Counted from the first letter of the stretch, positions 29,730 through 40,307 are shown. The stretch: 64,000 nucleotides of DNA from Sulfurimonas sp. (GCA_027064515.1 JAMOPL010000153.1:6125-70124); one strand, 5' to 3'. A program made the numbers and translations. Notes: generated by a model not told the origin, from the sequence alone.

Positions 29730-30365
29730 CTATCTCCTTAAAATTTTTATAGCTTCGCTACACATATTTAAACCAAAAGTAGCAGTAACACCTACAAAAC
29801 TACCTTTCTCTTTTACAACAGCCTCTTCACTAGAAAATATAACTTTATACTTTTTCTTAAAGCCTCTTTTTCTAAGTTCATATCTTATTTTTGAGCCAAA
29901 CTTATCACCGTAAGTTTTCCAAATATCATCCACTTTTACTTGTGAAGCATCTAATCTTTTTGCACTTCCAAAAGATGAGATGAGCTTTTTATGGCATTTT
30001 TGAGCAAGAGCTAATTTTGCTTTAGTATCATCAATAGCATCTAAAACTAAATCATACTCATCAAAATTAAAATCCCAAACCCAATCTTCATCTACTCGAA
30101 TATTTATAGTTTTTATATCAGGATAGTGTTTTTGTAAAGCTGAGGTTTTTATCTCATCTAAGTGAAGTTCTGACCACATTTGACGATTCTGATTTGTTTC
30201 ATCAAAGGTATCAAAATCTACAATAGTTATATTTTTAACACCACTACGATATAGGCAATCAAGACAGAATCCACCAACTCCACCAACCCCTAAGAGTATG
30301 ATTTTAGCATCTTCTAATTTAGAAAAGTCATCTTTTAAAAGTTGTTTTACTCTCTCATATTTCAT
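29730..30365 (-). CDS. tcdA: ThiF/MoeB-family adenylyltransferase, tRNA threonylcarbamoyladenosine dehydratase-like
   Basis: GVGGVG, DFD.FD.TNQNRQ, DAIDD, ISSFGSAKRLD, FSSE, GSFVGVT. Confidence 0.8.
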   Translation of the reverse strand: MKYERVKQLLKDDFSKLEDAKIILLGVGGVGGFCLDCLYRSGVKNITIVDFDTFDETNQNRQMWSELHLDEIKTSALQKHYPDIKTINIRVDEDWVWDFNFDEYDLVLDAIDDTKAKLALAQKCHKKLISSFGSAKRLDASQVKVDDIWKTYGDKFGSKIRYELRKRGFKKKYKVIFSSEEAVVKEKGSFVGVTATFGLNMCSEAIKILRR

Positions 30366-30368
30366 AAA

Positions 30369-31151
30369 TTAGTTTATCCAATTTTTTAGTCTAGTTATAC
30401 TATTATAAGCTGTTAAATCAAGCATAATAGGGCTAATAGAGATCATTCCTTTCTTAATTGCTTCATAATCACTCATCCCATCTACACCATCACGAGGAGC
30501 AAAGTTGAGTGGATGAAGTCCAAGCCAGTAGAACTCTTCACCTCTAGGATTCCTATGTAGGTGAGAATCGTTAGCATAGAATCTATACCCTACATAGGTT
30601 ACTTTCATCTTTGCTTCTTGAAGATTAGCTGGGATATTTATATTTAAAAGTTCTCTGTGAGGAAGTGGGAACTCACCATCTTTAATTTTTTGTACAATTT
30701 TTTTAATTGTTTTTGATGCTAGAGTAAAATCCCCACAAGGATCTGTAAAATCCATAACTTGAGATATAGCGATAGCTGGAATATCGTGTAAGACAGCTTC
30801 CATAGCTCCAGCAACAGTTCCAGAATATGTAGTATCTTCACCCATATTTGAACCTCTGTTAATGCCACTTACGAGTAAATCAGGTTTTTCATTTTCAAAC
30901 ATTGTACTAAGTGAGAGATAAACACAATCAGCAGGAGTTCCATCATCTAGCTTATAAAAATCATCACCAACACTTACAAACCTCAAAGGTCGAGTAAGAG
31001 TGAGTGAATGACCACAAGCAGATTTTTCATTTGCAGGAGCAACTACTGTAACTTCTACATTATCTAATTCTTTTAAAGCCTCTGCTAAACAAAGAAGCCC
31101 TTTAGCTTCATATCCGTCATCATTTGTAACAAGTATTTTATATTTTTTCAT
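30369..31151 (-). CDS. surE: 5'/3'-nucleotidase SurE
   Basis: ILVTNDDG, GTPADCV, SGINRGSN, YSGTVAGAME. Confidence 0.96.
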   Translation of the reverse strand: MKKYKILVTNDDGYEAKGLLCLAEALKELDNVEVTVVAPANEKSACGHSLTLTRPLRFVSVGDDFYKLDDGTPADCVYLSLSTMFENEKPDLLVSGINRGSNMGEDTTYSGTVAGAMEAVLHDIPAIAISQVMDFTDPCGDFTLASKTIKKIVQKIKDGEFPLPHRELLNINIPANLQEAKMKVTYVGYRFYANDSHLHRNPRGEEFYWLGLHPLNFAPRDGVDGMSDYEAIKKGMISISPIMLDLTAYNSITRLKNWIN

Positions 31152-31250
31152 AGATGTATTTTAGCATTATTTTATTAAGCTAATAAAATCTAATTTTCCT
31201 AATCTAATTTTGTTATAATCACGGTACTATTTACAATTTTTAGGATTATT

Positions 31251-32501
31251 ATGATTGATTTAAAATTACTACAAAAAGATTTTGATGGGATGAGTGCTAA
31301 ACTTATCCGTAAAGGTGTTGATTTAGCACTATTAGAAAAATTAAAAGAGAAAAGTGAAGAGTTAAAAGTTGCTAAAATAAACTTTGAAACACTTCAAGCC
31401 TTACAAAACTCTATGAGTAAAGAGTTTGGTATTTATAAAAGAGAGGGCAAAGATATTGGCGAGCTTAAAGCTAAAGTTGATGCTAACAAGATAGAGATAA
31501 CTAAAGTTCTTGATATTCAAAGAGAAAAAAATCAAGAGTTAGAATCTATGGCTATGGCTATACCAAATGTTCCTGATGATTCTGTTCCAGATGGTGAAGA
31601 TGAAAATGACAATGTAGAACTTAAAAAAGTTCTCACTCCTAAAGAGTTTTCTTATACTCCTAAAGAGCATTGGGAATTAGCTGAAGAAAATGGTTGGATA
31701 GATTTTGAGCGTGGTGTAAAACTTGCTACAAGTAGATTCTCTGTTTCATTTGGTATGGGTGCAAAGCTTGAGAGAGCATTGATAAACTTTATGCTGAATT
31801 TTAATTCTGATAGAGGTTTTGAGGAAGTGAGTGTTCCTGCACTTGTAAATCGTACTGCTTTAGAGGGTACTGGGCAACTTCCAAAATTTGAAGATGATTT
31901 GTACAAGATGGATGGGCAAGAGTTATTTTTGATTCCAACTGCTGAAGTTCCAGTTACTAACCTTTACCAAGATGAGATTCTAAGTGCAAATGAGTTACCT
32001 AAAAAGATGACTGCATACACATCGTGTTTTAGAAAAGAAGCAGGGGCAGCTGGTCGTGATACAAGAGGGATGATAAGACAACATCAATTTCACAAAGTTG
32101 AACTTGTTGCTTTATCTAAACCTGAGCAAAGTGAGGAGATATTTAACGAGATGGTATCTTGTGCTTCTGATATTTTAACGGCTCTTGAACTTCCACATAG
32201 AATCGTGAATCTTTGTACAGGTGATTTAGGCTTTTCAGCTGCTTACACAACTGACATCGAAGTTTGGTTACCAGGGCAAAATCAATACCGTGAAATATCT
32301 TCTATCTCTAACACAAGAGAATTTCAAGCAAGAAGAGCAAAAATTCGTTATAAAGATGGAAAGAAAAATATTATGGTTCATACACTAAATGGTTCATCTT
32401 TAGCTGTTGGTCGTACACTTGTTGCTATTATGGAAAATTATCAAAATGAAGATGGAACTATTGATATTCCTGAAGTTTTAAAACCTTATTTGGGGATGTA
32501 A
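31251..32501 (+). CDS. serS: Serine--tRNA ligase
   Basis: [44 protein letters not shown]. Confidence 0.98.
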   Translation: MIDLKLLQKDFDGMSAKLIRKGVDLALLEKLKEKSEELKVAKINFETLQALQNSMSKEFGIYKREGKDIGELKAKVDANKIEITKVLDIQREKNQELESMAMAIPNVPDDSVPDGEDENDNVELKKVLTPKEFSYTPKEHWELAEENGWIDFERGVKLATSRFSVSFGMGAKLERALINFMLNFNSDRGFEEVSVPALVNRTALEGTGQLPKFEDDLYKMDGQELFLIPTAEVPVTNLYQDEILSANELPKKMTAYTSCFRKEAGAAGRDTRGMIRQHQFHKVELVALSKPEQSEEIFNEMVSCASDILTALELPHRIVNLCTGDLGFSAAYTTDIEVWLPGQNQYREISSISNTREFQARRAKIRYKDGKKNIMVHTLNGSSLAVGRTLVAIMENYQNEDGTIDIPEVLKPYLGM

Positions 32502-32511
32502 CACTATTTAA

Positions 32512-32542
32512 ATAGGTAGTTCTTTATAAATGAACTTCCTAT
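32512..32542 (+). terminator. Stem-loop after serS
   Basis: ataggtagttc...gaacttcctat imperfect inverted repeat. Confidence 0.55.
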
Positions 32543-32729
32543 CTAAAGCCACTTAAAAGTTATTCTTTCCAATTATATTATTTTTCTTAGTTCTTTTTTT
32601 TTGACCATCTAAAATATTTTTTTATTCTAAATTAAAATTGAAGTGATTTCTGAATATCAAAAAAGTTATAAACTTTAATATTTAAGATTAGATATATTGG
32701 GGGGGGTAGGTTGAGTTAAATAAGTTGGT

Positions 32730-32806
<77 letters not shown>

Positions 32807-32845
32807 ATATTTAGTAAATTTAAATTAAATTATACTATAAAAAAT

Positions 32846-32866
32846 CAAGTAGCCAGAAGCTACTTG
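32846..32866 (-). terminator. Intrinsic terminator after the cold-shock gene
   Basis: caagtagc-cagaa-gctacttg stem followed by a U-run on the minus strand. Confidence 0.8.
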
Positions 32867-32874
32867 AAGTAAAA

Positions 32875-33093
32875 TTACAGTCCTGTAACGTTTTCTGCTT
32901 GTGGACCTTTTTCACCTTGACCAATTTCGTATGTCACTTTTTGACCTTCGTCTAGTGAAACACGACCATAGCCACTGTTGTTAACTTGACGAAAATGTAC
33001 AAATACATCTTTTCCGCCATCTTCTTGTTCGATAAATCCAAAACCTTTTTCACTGTTGAACCATTTAACTGTTCCGTTTAATAATGCTGCCAT
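32875..33093 (-). CDS. cspA: Cold-shock protein (CSD)
   Basis: [29 protein letters not shown]; ATG at 33093 after an AAGGA RBS (the ORF-track start at 33183 lies in the UTR). Confidence 0.95.
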   Translation of the reverse strand: MAALLNGTVKWFNSEKGFGFIEQEDGGKDVFVHFRQVNNSGYGRVSLDEGQKVTYEIGQGEKGPQAENVTGL

Positions 33094-33242
33094 TTTAATT
33101 CCTTGTTTGTTTGAGTACACCGAATTTCTAAGGTGATAAAAATATAATATAAGTTTTCTTTTCGGCGAATGTACTGTAAACAAGAAGTTATCAATATAAA
33201 GCAGATTAAAGATGTAACTTGAATCATCTTTTCTTGGATGGG

Positions 33243-33271
33243 ATTATAACAGAATAAAATATAAAATGCAA
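33243..33271 (-). promoter_or_regulatory. RpoD promoter of the cold-shock gene
   Basis: TTGCAT-N17-TATAAT with an extended TG; implies a 5'UTR of about 140 nt. Confidence 0.7.
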
Positions 33272-33325
33272 GGGCTAAGTATCTAAATTATGTTTATTTA
33301 GATTATTTGCGATATAAAGTATAAA

Positions 33326-33419
33326 GAATTGGGTGCTATAAGTGGCTTAAAATTTGAGTTGATTCAAGATGAAACTTGGGAAACTTGAATTAATAAACTA
33401 ATGAGCCACTTATAAATTC
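33326..33419. repeat. Long intergenic inverted repeat / hairpin (candidate sRNA or MITE-like element)
   Basis: tataagtggctta (33337-33349) pairs with tgagccacttata (33402-33414); inner ttgattcaag/cttgaattaa; outer gaatt/aattc. Confidence 0.6.
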
Positions 33420-33476
33420 AATCTGTAGAAGTAGCGAGTTTTTTTACAGAGATGAATTAAAATGATAGATAGAGAG

Positions 33477-34769
33477 TTATTTGCTTAGTCTAACTCTTAC
33501 AGATTGTTCATGAGCAGTTAAGCCTTCTGTATTAGCAATTAAAGCACACTCTTCACCTATCTCATTTATAGCTTTTTTAGAAAATGCGATAATAGAAGTT
33601 TTTTTCATAAAATTTTCAACTCCTAATGGAGAGTAAAATTTTGCAGTTCCACCAGTTGGAAGGGTATGATTTGGACCAGCTACATAATCACCAATTGCTT
33701 CAGGTGTATTATGACCTAAGAAAATTGCTCCAGCATGTCTAATTAGTGGTAGAAGTTCAAACGGTGAATTTGTTGCTACCTCTAAATGCTCAGGTGCAAT
33801 TTGATTCATTAAATCAATTGCCTCTTCCATAGTCTCTGTTACGATAATAGCTCCTCTCTCTTCAATAGATTTTCTTGCTATCTCTTGACGAGGAAGTTTT
33901 ACTAACCAATTTTCTATCTCAATTTTTACATCATCAGCTAATTTTTGCGATGGAGTTATAAGAATCGAACTTGCCATCTCATCATGTTCAGCTTGTGAAA
34001 GTAGGTCTATTGCTAAATGGTTAGCATTGGCAGAATCGTCAGCTAAGATTCCTATCTCACTAGGTCCTGCTATCATATCTATGTTTACATCACCAAAAAC
34101 CATTTTTTTAGCAGTTGCTACAAAGATATTTCCTGGCCCTGTTACAACATCTACTTTAGGGATTGTTTCAGTTCCATAAGCCATAGCAGCTATCGCAGAA
34201 GCACCACCAACTTTAAAAACTTGTGTAACACCACATAAGTGACAAGCTGCTAAAAGTAGTTTGTTTGGTTCATTGTCAGGTGTTGGAGTTGTAACAACTA
34301 TGTTTTCAACACCAGCAACTTGAGCTGGAATTACATTCATAAGAAGTGAAGATGGGTAAGCAGCTTTTCCTCCAGGGATATAAAGACCAGCAGAATCAAC
34401 AGCAGTTACCCTTTGACCTAAAATAGTTCCATTTGATTCATCATCAAACCATGATTTTGGTTTTTGTTTTTCGTGATATACTTTGATTCTATCGTAAGCT
34501 AAATGTAGGGCAGACTTTAGTTTTTCATCCAGTTCATCATAAGCTTTTGACATAGAATCAGTAGAAATTTTCAAATCCTCATCAGACTTTGGTGACCAGT
34601 TATCAAACTTAGCTATATGTTGTTTTAGTGCAGAGTTCTTATCAGCTTTAATCTCATCAATAATATTCCCAACAATAGAGCCAACATGAGCCATATCCAT
34701 TTTTCCTCTTTGGAGTAGTTCATCAAACTCATGAGTGAATGTAGAAGATTTAGTTGTTGTAAATATCAT
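33477..34769 (-). CDS. hisD: Histidinol dehydrogenase
   Basis: GLYIPGGKAAYPSS, GPGNIFVA, IDMIAGPSE, SQAEHD, APEHL, GPNHTLPT. Confidence 0.98.
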   Translation of the reverse strand: MIFTTTKSSTFTHEFDELLQRGKMDMAHVGSIVGNIIDEIKADKNSALKQHIAKFDNWSPKSDEDLKISTDSMSKAYDELDEKLKSALHLAYDRIKVYHEKQKPKSWFDDESNGTILGQRVTAVDSAGLYIPGGKAAYPSSLLMNVIPAQVAGVENIVVTTPTPDNEPNKLLLAACHLCGVTQVFKVGGASAIAAMAYGTETIPKVDVVTGPGNIFVATAKKMVFGDVNIDMIAGPSEIGILADDSANANHLAIDLLSQAEHDEMASSILITPSQKLADDVKIEIENWLVKLPRQEIARKSIEERGAIIVTETMEEAIDLMNQIAPEHLEVATNSPFELLPLIRHAGAIFLGHNTPEAIGDYVAGPNHTLPTGGTAKFYSPLGVENFMKKTSIIAFSKKAINEIGEECALIANTEGLTAHEQSVRVRLSK

Positions 34770-35066
34770 TAATTTTCCTAATTATTTTTTATTGTTGAAA
34801 TTATAGCTAATTTTTAATATATGAAACACTAGAATAAGTAAGTTATTTAATAAAAATTTGGCAAATTAAATATTGTTTAATCAATAAATTTTTTATCTAA
34901 AACCATTCTATTAATCTCTTCAAAACTATAAGTATGCTTACCATTTGATTTTACATATTCTAGAATCTTAGTTTTTTATCATATTTCTAACATAATTAAA
35001 AAGAGTTTTTATATCTTTTAGTTAGAATTTAAAAGAAGAAAATAATCTTAACTAAAAAGGTTTCAA

Positions 35067-37301
35067 ATGTTTAATCATATGAATGTCAAACAAAAACTAC
35101 TTACTTTAAGTACAGTGGTTCTGAGTGTAATATTTTTGTTTTCAGCAAATCTTACATATACAACATGGAATGAGTACGATAATATTAAGGAGACTGAGAA
35201 GTTAGTTCAACTCTCTGTAAAAATGAGTGCAGTTTTGCATGAGCTTCAAAAAGAGCGTGGGGCAAGTGCTGGATTTATTAGTTCAAATGGTAAAAAGTTT
35301 ACAAATATATTACCAAATCAATATAAATCAACAGATGCAAAAATTAGTGAGCTTCGTGCTTTTATGAAAGCACACCCATCATCATTAGTTGATACTTTTA
35401 AAAATACAACTGCTTTAGACAATAGACTTGCTATGAGAAAAAAGGTTCTTAGTTTAAGTGTAGCAGTTAATGCACCTATTAAGCTATACACACAAATGAA
35501 TAAAAATATCATAGATACAATTTCAAGTTTTTCAAGAAAACCAAATGATAAAGATATTAGAACAAATTTTAATAGTTTAGTTGTGTTTATTAGTTCAAAA
35601 GAGCGTGCTGGTATAGAACGGGCAGTTTTATCTGGTGTATTTGCTAAAGATAAATTTACACCTAAAAGTGCTGCCAAGTTCACTTCACTTGTATCTGAAC
35701 AAAAAGCTTTTACAAATCTCTTTTTTCATACTGCATCCCCAGAGATACAAAAAATATTTAATACAATAACATCTGATACTTCATTTAAAGAGGTTGAAAA
35801 ATATAGAAATTTAGCTTTTTCAAAAAATAGTGATTTTGGAGTTAATCCAACAGTTTGGTTTGATGCCATCACTAAAAAGATAAATAAACTTAAAGAGTTT
35901 GAAAATAAACTATCTCAATATACTTTAAGTATTGTAGAACAAAAAGTTTCTTCTGCTTTTATGTTGTTAATCATAATTATTATAGGTTCTATTTTTGTAA
36001 TTGGATTTAACATATATATTACAAGAAATGTTGCTTATGGTGTAGGTAGATCGATAGGCAGACTTAGCCAAATTATTACAAATATTACTGAAAATGGTGA
36101 TCTAACTATTGTAGTTGATAGAAGAGGTCATGTAAGAGATGAACTTGATGAGATTACACATCAGTTACATATCTTTGTAAATTTAGTAAAAGATTTAACT
36201 TCAAGAATTAATCAATCAGTTGCACAAGCCTCTCAAGGTGATTTTAGTTATGATTTAAATGATGATGGTTTACATGGTGATTTTTCAGAGGCTATAAGAC
36301 ATGTTATGGATGGTATAGATGCTATGCATGTAGCACATGAGAAACAAGCTATGATTAACTTTAGTGCTAAAATTAGAAATATTGGTGATATTGGTGAGGG
36401 ATTGAATCTTATCCAAGAGGAGATTGCATCTGTAAATAGTGGTCTTGATGATGTTTACAAAAGTACAGAAAAAACAAGTATCACCTCAAGTGATTCTATG
36501 AGTCAGGTTGAAAATATACTTACTAAACTAAATACTCTTGTTGAACATATCAACGATTCTAATATGTCGATAGAGGGGCTAAATGATAAAACAAATGAGA
36601 TTACATCTGTTGTTGATTTAATTAAAGATATTGCAGAACAAACAAATCTACTAGCACTCAATGCTGCGATAGAAGCAGCAAGAGCTGGTGAGCATGGTCG
36701 TGGTTTTGCTGTTGTTGCAGATGAGGTGAGAAAACTTGCTGAGAGAACCCAAAAAGCAACAAGTGAGATAACAATAAGTATCAACTCAATGAAACAAGAA
36801 TCGAGTTCTATTATGGATAAATCTTTAACAATGACAACTCTTGCAGATGAGGCAAGTGAATCTGTTGAAGATTTCAACTCTACCATGAATACTCTTAATA
36901 AAGATGCAATTAAAACAGCTGGTAATCTATATAATATGCAAGATGAAGTTTTTGTGGTTTTAGCAAAAATAGACCATATTATATTTAAAGCTACAATTTA
37001 TGATGCCGTTGTAAATGCAGATAAAACAAAAACTTTCACAACCCATACAGAATGTAGGCTAGGTAAATGGTATGAGAGTCAAGGGAAAGAAAGATTTGGT
37101 ATGACTCATGCTTTCAAAGCAGCTCTTATGCCACATAAATTAGTTCATGATAATGCTCATAAAAATATGTTATACCTTAGAGATGATGATAAAAGAATTG
37201 AAAATGAAGATGCTATCGTAGCTAACTTTGAAGAGATAGAGGAGAATAGTAAAATACTATTTAAAACTCTTAATGATATGTTGGTTGAACATAAGCATTA
37301 A
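35067..37301 (+). CDS. Methyl-accepting chemotaxis protein with periplasmic NIT (nitrate/nitrite) sensor, HAMP, MA and CZB domains
   Basis: Two TMs; NIT motifs [12 protein letters not shown] and KERAGIERA; MA signature; [17 protein letters not shown]. Confidence 0.9.
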   Translation: MFNHMNVKQKLLTLSTVVLSVIFLFSANLTYTTWNEYDNIKETEKLVQLSVKMSAVLHELQKERGASAGFISSNGKKFTNILPNQYKSTDAKISELRAFMKAHPSSLVDTFKNTTALDNRLAMRKKVLSLSVAVNAPIKLYTQMNKNIIDTISSFSRKPNDKDIRTNFNSLVVFISSKERAGIERAVLSGVFAKDKFTPKSAAKFTSLVSEQKAFTNLFFHTASPEIQKIFNTITSDTSFKEVEKYRNLAFSKNSDFGVNPTVWFDAITKKINKLKEFENKLSQYTLSIVEQKVSSAFMLLIIIIIGSIFVIGFNIYITRNVAYGVGRSIGRLSQIITNITENGDLTIVVDRRGHVRDELDEITHQLHIFVNLVKDLTSRINQSVAQASQGDFSYDLNDDGLHGDFSEAIRHVMDGIDAMHVAHEKQAMINFSAKIRNIGDIGEGLNLIQEEIASVNSGLDDVYKSTEKTSITSSDSMSQVENILTKLNTLVEHINDSNMSIEGLNDKTNEITSVVDLIKDIAEQTNLLALNAAIEAARAGEHGRGFAVVADEVRKLAERTQKATSEITISINSMKQESSSIMDKSLTMTTLADEASESVEDFNSTMNTLNKDAIKTAGNLYNMQDEVFVVLAKIDHIIFKATIYDAVVNADKTKTFTTHTECRLGKWYESQGKERFGMTHAFKAALMPHKLVHDNAHKNMLYLRDDDKRIENEDAIVANFEEIEENSKILFKTLNDMLVEHKH

Positions 37302-37333
37302 GTAAGTTTTATAATTTGTAAAATTAGATTATT

Positions 37334-37759
37334 TTATTTAGAATCATTATTGATTCTATCAAATCTTGTTTTTACAATTGATAAACTTTTTATCATAGTT
37401 TTATCATCTATCGCACCATTAATTGCATCGAACATAGGGGCACCATCTTTTTTTAGAAACCAAATTGCTGGTGTTCCTGGTCTCCATAACTCTTTTGGAG
37501 TGTAATCTTGTTTATTTGTATACGATATGATTGAGATGAAATCTTTATTGAGTGCTTTTATAACTTTTTCATTTTTAAAAGTTGTGTTTTCTAGTACATT
37601 ACACCATTTACAATGTTGGTTAGAAAAAATAAACATTATAGGTTTATTTTGCTTTTTCGCTTGTTTTATCCCTGTATGGTAATCTTTTGCCCAATTTATA
37701 TCTGAAGCAAAAGCATTTAAGTTAAGTATAACTAGTGTGAATATGATTTTTTTAAACAT
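37334..37759 (-). CDS. Periplasmic thioredoxin-fold protein (SoxW/DUF255-like)
   Basis: Signal peptide, INW..DY, CKWC, PGTP. Confidence 0.8.
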   Translation of the reverse strand: MFKKIIFTLVILNLNAFASDINWAKDYHTGIKQAKKQNKPIMFIFSNQHCKWCNVLENTTFKNEKVIKALNKDFISIISYTNKQDYTPKELWRPGTPAIWFLKKDGAPMFDAINGAIDDKTMIKSLSIVKTRFDRINNDSK

Positions 37760-38267
37760 TGTTTTCTACCTTTTTTAAAATTTCTTTTGAGCAATTAATT
37801 GCACTTTTATTTGTAACATTAACCACTATATCAGCAAGGGCTAAATATTCTGGTCTTCTCTCATCATAAAGCTCTTTAGCTTTTTTTAAATCACCAAGAA
37901 GAGGTCTTTTTTTAAGTTTCTTCTCTGCATTTGGGTGTGCTTTGATTCTATTTAAAATATCATCAAAAGGGGAATCTAGTAAAACTACTGTACCTATGCT
38001 TTTAAGATTCTTTTGTTTATAAAATCCACCACCAGTAGAGATTAGAGTATCTGATACACTTTTTTCTAACCATAAAGCGATATTTTTTTCTAAGTTTCTA
38101 AAATGAGTTTCACCATCATCTTCAAAGATTTTTTTTATTTTTTTATTTTCAATACTTTCAATTAAATCATCAGTATCAATCGCAATATAGCTAGAGTTTT
38201 TTACAATCTCTCTTGCTACACTACCTTTTCCAACACCCATGAAGCCTATTAGTATAATGTTATTCAT
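37752..38267 (-). CDS. aroK: Shikimate kinase
   Basis: LIGFMGVGKGS, DTD, GE..FR..E, STGGG, RPLL. Confidence 0.93.
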   Translation of the reverse strand: MNNIILIGFMGVGKGSVAREIVKNSSYIAIDTDDLIESIENKKIKKIFEDDGETHFRNLEKNIALWLEKSVSDTLISTGGGFYKQKNLKSIGTVVLLDSPFDDILNRIKAHPNAEKKLKKRPLLGDLKKAKELYDERRPEYLALADIVVNVTNKSAINCSKEILKKVENNV

Positions 38268-38271
38268 TAGT

Positions 38272-39561
38272 TTAGTCCTTTTGAGAAAATAGACTCATAT
38301 CAAAGTCTGGTTTAGTTTTTATGATTTTTTTGTATATAAGTATTGGTGAGATTATGTTGTACTCTAAAATAATCATACTTATACAAAAAGCTAATGCTGA
38401 TATTTGAAGTAGAATCGGTATATAAAATGAGAAGATAAAACCAATAAGTGATAGTACAAATAAGATAAATTGTGCTTTTGATAAGTTTTTATTTATCATC
38501 TCATTCATTGTTGGGATACTCATATATCCCATCCCATTTAGATGAAACCAAACTAAAAAAGGGACAACTTTATATAACATTCCAATCATAATAGAGATAA
38601 TAAAACCACCACCAATTAAGACAGCAACCATAACTATATACTCATGTTTAAAGTACTCATCAAATATCCAAAGGAAAGCCCCAAGACTTAAAAATATACT
38701 TGCAGTTCTCCAATACCAAACTGTTACATCACTAATGGGGCGACGGCGTCTGTTTAGTTTTAACCATACTGTTGTAGCAAATGCCCAAAAAAATAGAGCT
38801 ATCCAAGCTTTTGCAAAAATAGTGTAATCTTCTTTAAATAAAGAAAAAACCAACCATAAAAATAGACCTGTACTTATAAGCCAAACAACTCTTTTTTTAC
38901 AGAAGCTTTTAAATTTTGGGGCTACATAAAACATAGGTAAAACTTGAAAAGATACACCTATAATTAAGATTCCACCAAAACCAAATATAGCCCAAACACT
39001 ATGGATATTTGCTATTATTATTTGATATTCAGAGATATTATCATCTGTGTATGAGTATAGTAAAAAGATTCCCATTATAACTATTGTTGTAGCAAAAAAT
39101 ATACTTGTACTTATAGCCTTTACAGTTGGTGTAAAATTATTGACACCCTTAAGAGCGATAGCCATAGAGCCAAGCATCATAAGAAAGCCACCAGCTAAAC
39201 CTAATATAGATAGATATGTACATATGTCATTATGTAATAAACCTAGAATCATAAAAATAAGACCAAGTGTGATTAGGATAAAAGAGTATTTAGCTACAAA
39301 AACAACCTTTGGCATTTTCGCCCCAACTAAAACAGGAAGCATCTGGGTTAATGCTCCAAGCATTATAAAGCCTAGGAATCCAATAGTTATAGTATGAGTA
39401 ATTACAATAGATTCTATTGAGAATCTACTCATAAGTGTGGCAGAATCACTAAAAAAGATTAAGATTCCTGCTATTAATCCAAAAATAGGTGCTGTTATAA
39501 AAAATCTAACAGGTGCAGAGATTGGTGGTGCTTGATCGATAGATAGTCCATTTAATTCCAA
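38272..39561 (-). CDS. Conserved polytopic membrane protein of unknown function (about 12 TM)
   Basis: LSIDQAPPISAPVRFF N-terminus; repeated H...G(F/W)...G...Q.LP units. Confidence 0.8.
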   Translation of the reverse strand: MELNGLSIDQAPPISAPVRFFITAPIFGLIAGILIFFSDSATLMSRFSIESIVITHTITIGFLGFIMLGALTQMLPVLVGAKMPKVVFVAKYSFILITLGLIFMILGLLHNDICTYLSILGLAGGFLMMLGSMAIALKGVNNFTPTVKAISTSIFFATTIVIMGIFLLYSYTDDNISEYQIIIANIHSVWAIFGFGGILIIGVSFQVLPMFYVAPKFKSFCKKRVVWLISTGLFLWLVFSLFKEDYTIFAKAWIALFFWAFATTVWLKLNRRRRPISDVTVWYWRTASIFLSLGAFLWIFDEYFKHEYIVMVAVLIGGGFIISIMIGMLYKVVPFLVWFHLNGMGYMSIPTMNEMINKNLSKAQFILFVLSLIGFIFSFYIPILLQISALAFCISMIILEYNIISPILIYKKIIKTKPDFDMSLFSQKD

Positions 39562-39574
39562 TTATATTTCCTAA

Positions 39575-40015
39575 CTATTGAGCAGTTAATGAACTCATCA
39601 TATCTACAATACGATCAGATTCTGCACTTAAGTGTTGTTGTGCCATAGGGTAAAGCATTTGTTCCTCTTTCATATTATGTTGTTGAAGTAGAATCATTAG
39701 TGTTTCACTATAACCAAAGAATTTATCTTTATTGTTAATTTCAATTGCATTAAGCATATCTTTCATCAATGCTCTCATTTGAGTATGTTCTTGTCTCATC
39801 ATCATTGTTGGACCTTGTGTCATACCAGTTTTTGTTTCAAACTCTAAAAACATAACTCTCTCTTCCATCTGAAAATGTTTTTCTGTTTGGGCAATAAACT
39901 CTTCACATAATGGTCTAGTATTTTCTAATGATTTAACTGCTTCTTCTTCCATCGATGCAAAAATTTCATCACATTTTGAATGATCATTTGTTAAAAATTC
40001 TTTTATTGTACTCAT
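39575..40015 (-). CDS. Hemerythrin HHE-domain protein
   Basis: DH..CD, HFQMEE, EHTQMR, QHNMKEEQMLYP. Confidence 0.9.
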   Translation of the reverse strand: MSTIKEFLTNDHSKCDEIFASMEEEAVKSLENTRPLCEEFIAQTEKHFQMEERVMFLEFETKTGMTQGPTMMMRQEHTQMRALMKDMLNAIEINNKDKFFGYSETLMILLQQHNMKEEQMLYPMAQQHLSAESDRIVDMMSSLTAQ

Positions 40016-40307
40016 AATTAGTATACCTCTAAAAATTGATTTTTTGTATTATATAACACAAATATTAATCTTACTCTAGTTTTGTAATTGATTTATTATT
40101 ATGTTACAATTATTTCATACGAATTTATAAAATTTTATAAATACTGAATCTAGTGGTTGGATTATAGTTGGTGAAGAGAGAGTTGAAAAAGATTCTATGA
40201 GTGATATTTTAACTATGATGAGATATATTATACTTATTTATTATAAGTTTTAATAGTTGATTAACAGCATATAAACTATAATACACACATTAAAATTAGG
40301 AAAATAA

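Noticed and set aside
33094-33183. N-terminal extension of the cold-shock protein
   Set aside because: It lies within the predicted 5'UTR; the RBS precedes ATG 33093 and gives a typical 72-aa Csp
40016-40130. FNR/NssR-type box upstream of the hemerythrin gene
   Set aside because: Only TTGAT half-sites; no complete TTGAT-N4-ATCAA or TTAAC-N4-GTTAA palindrome
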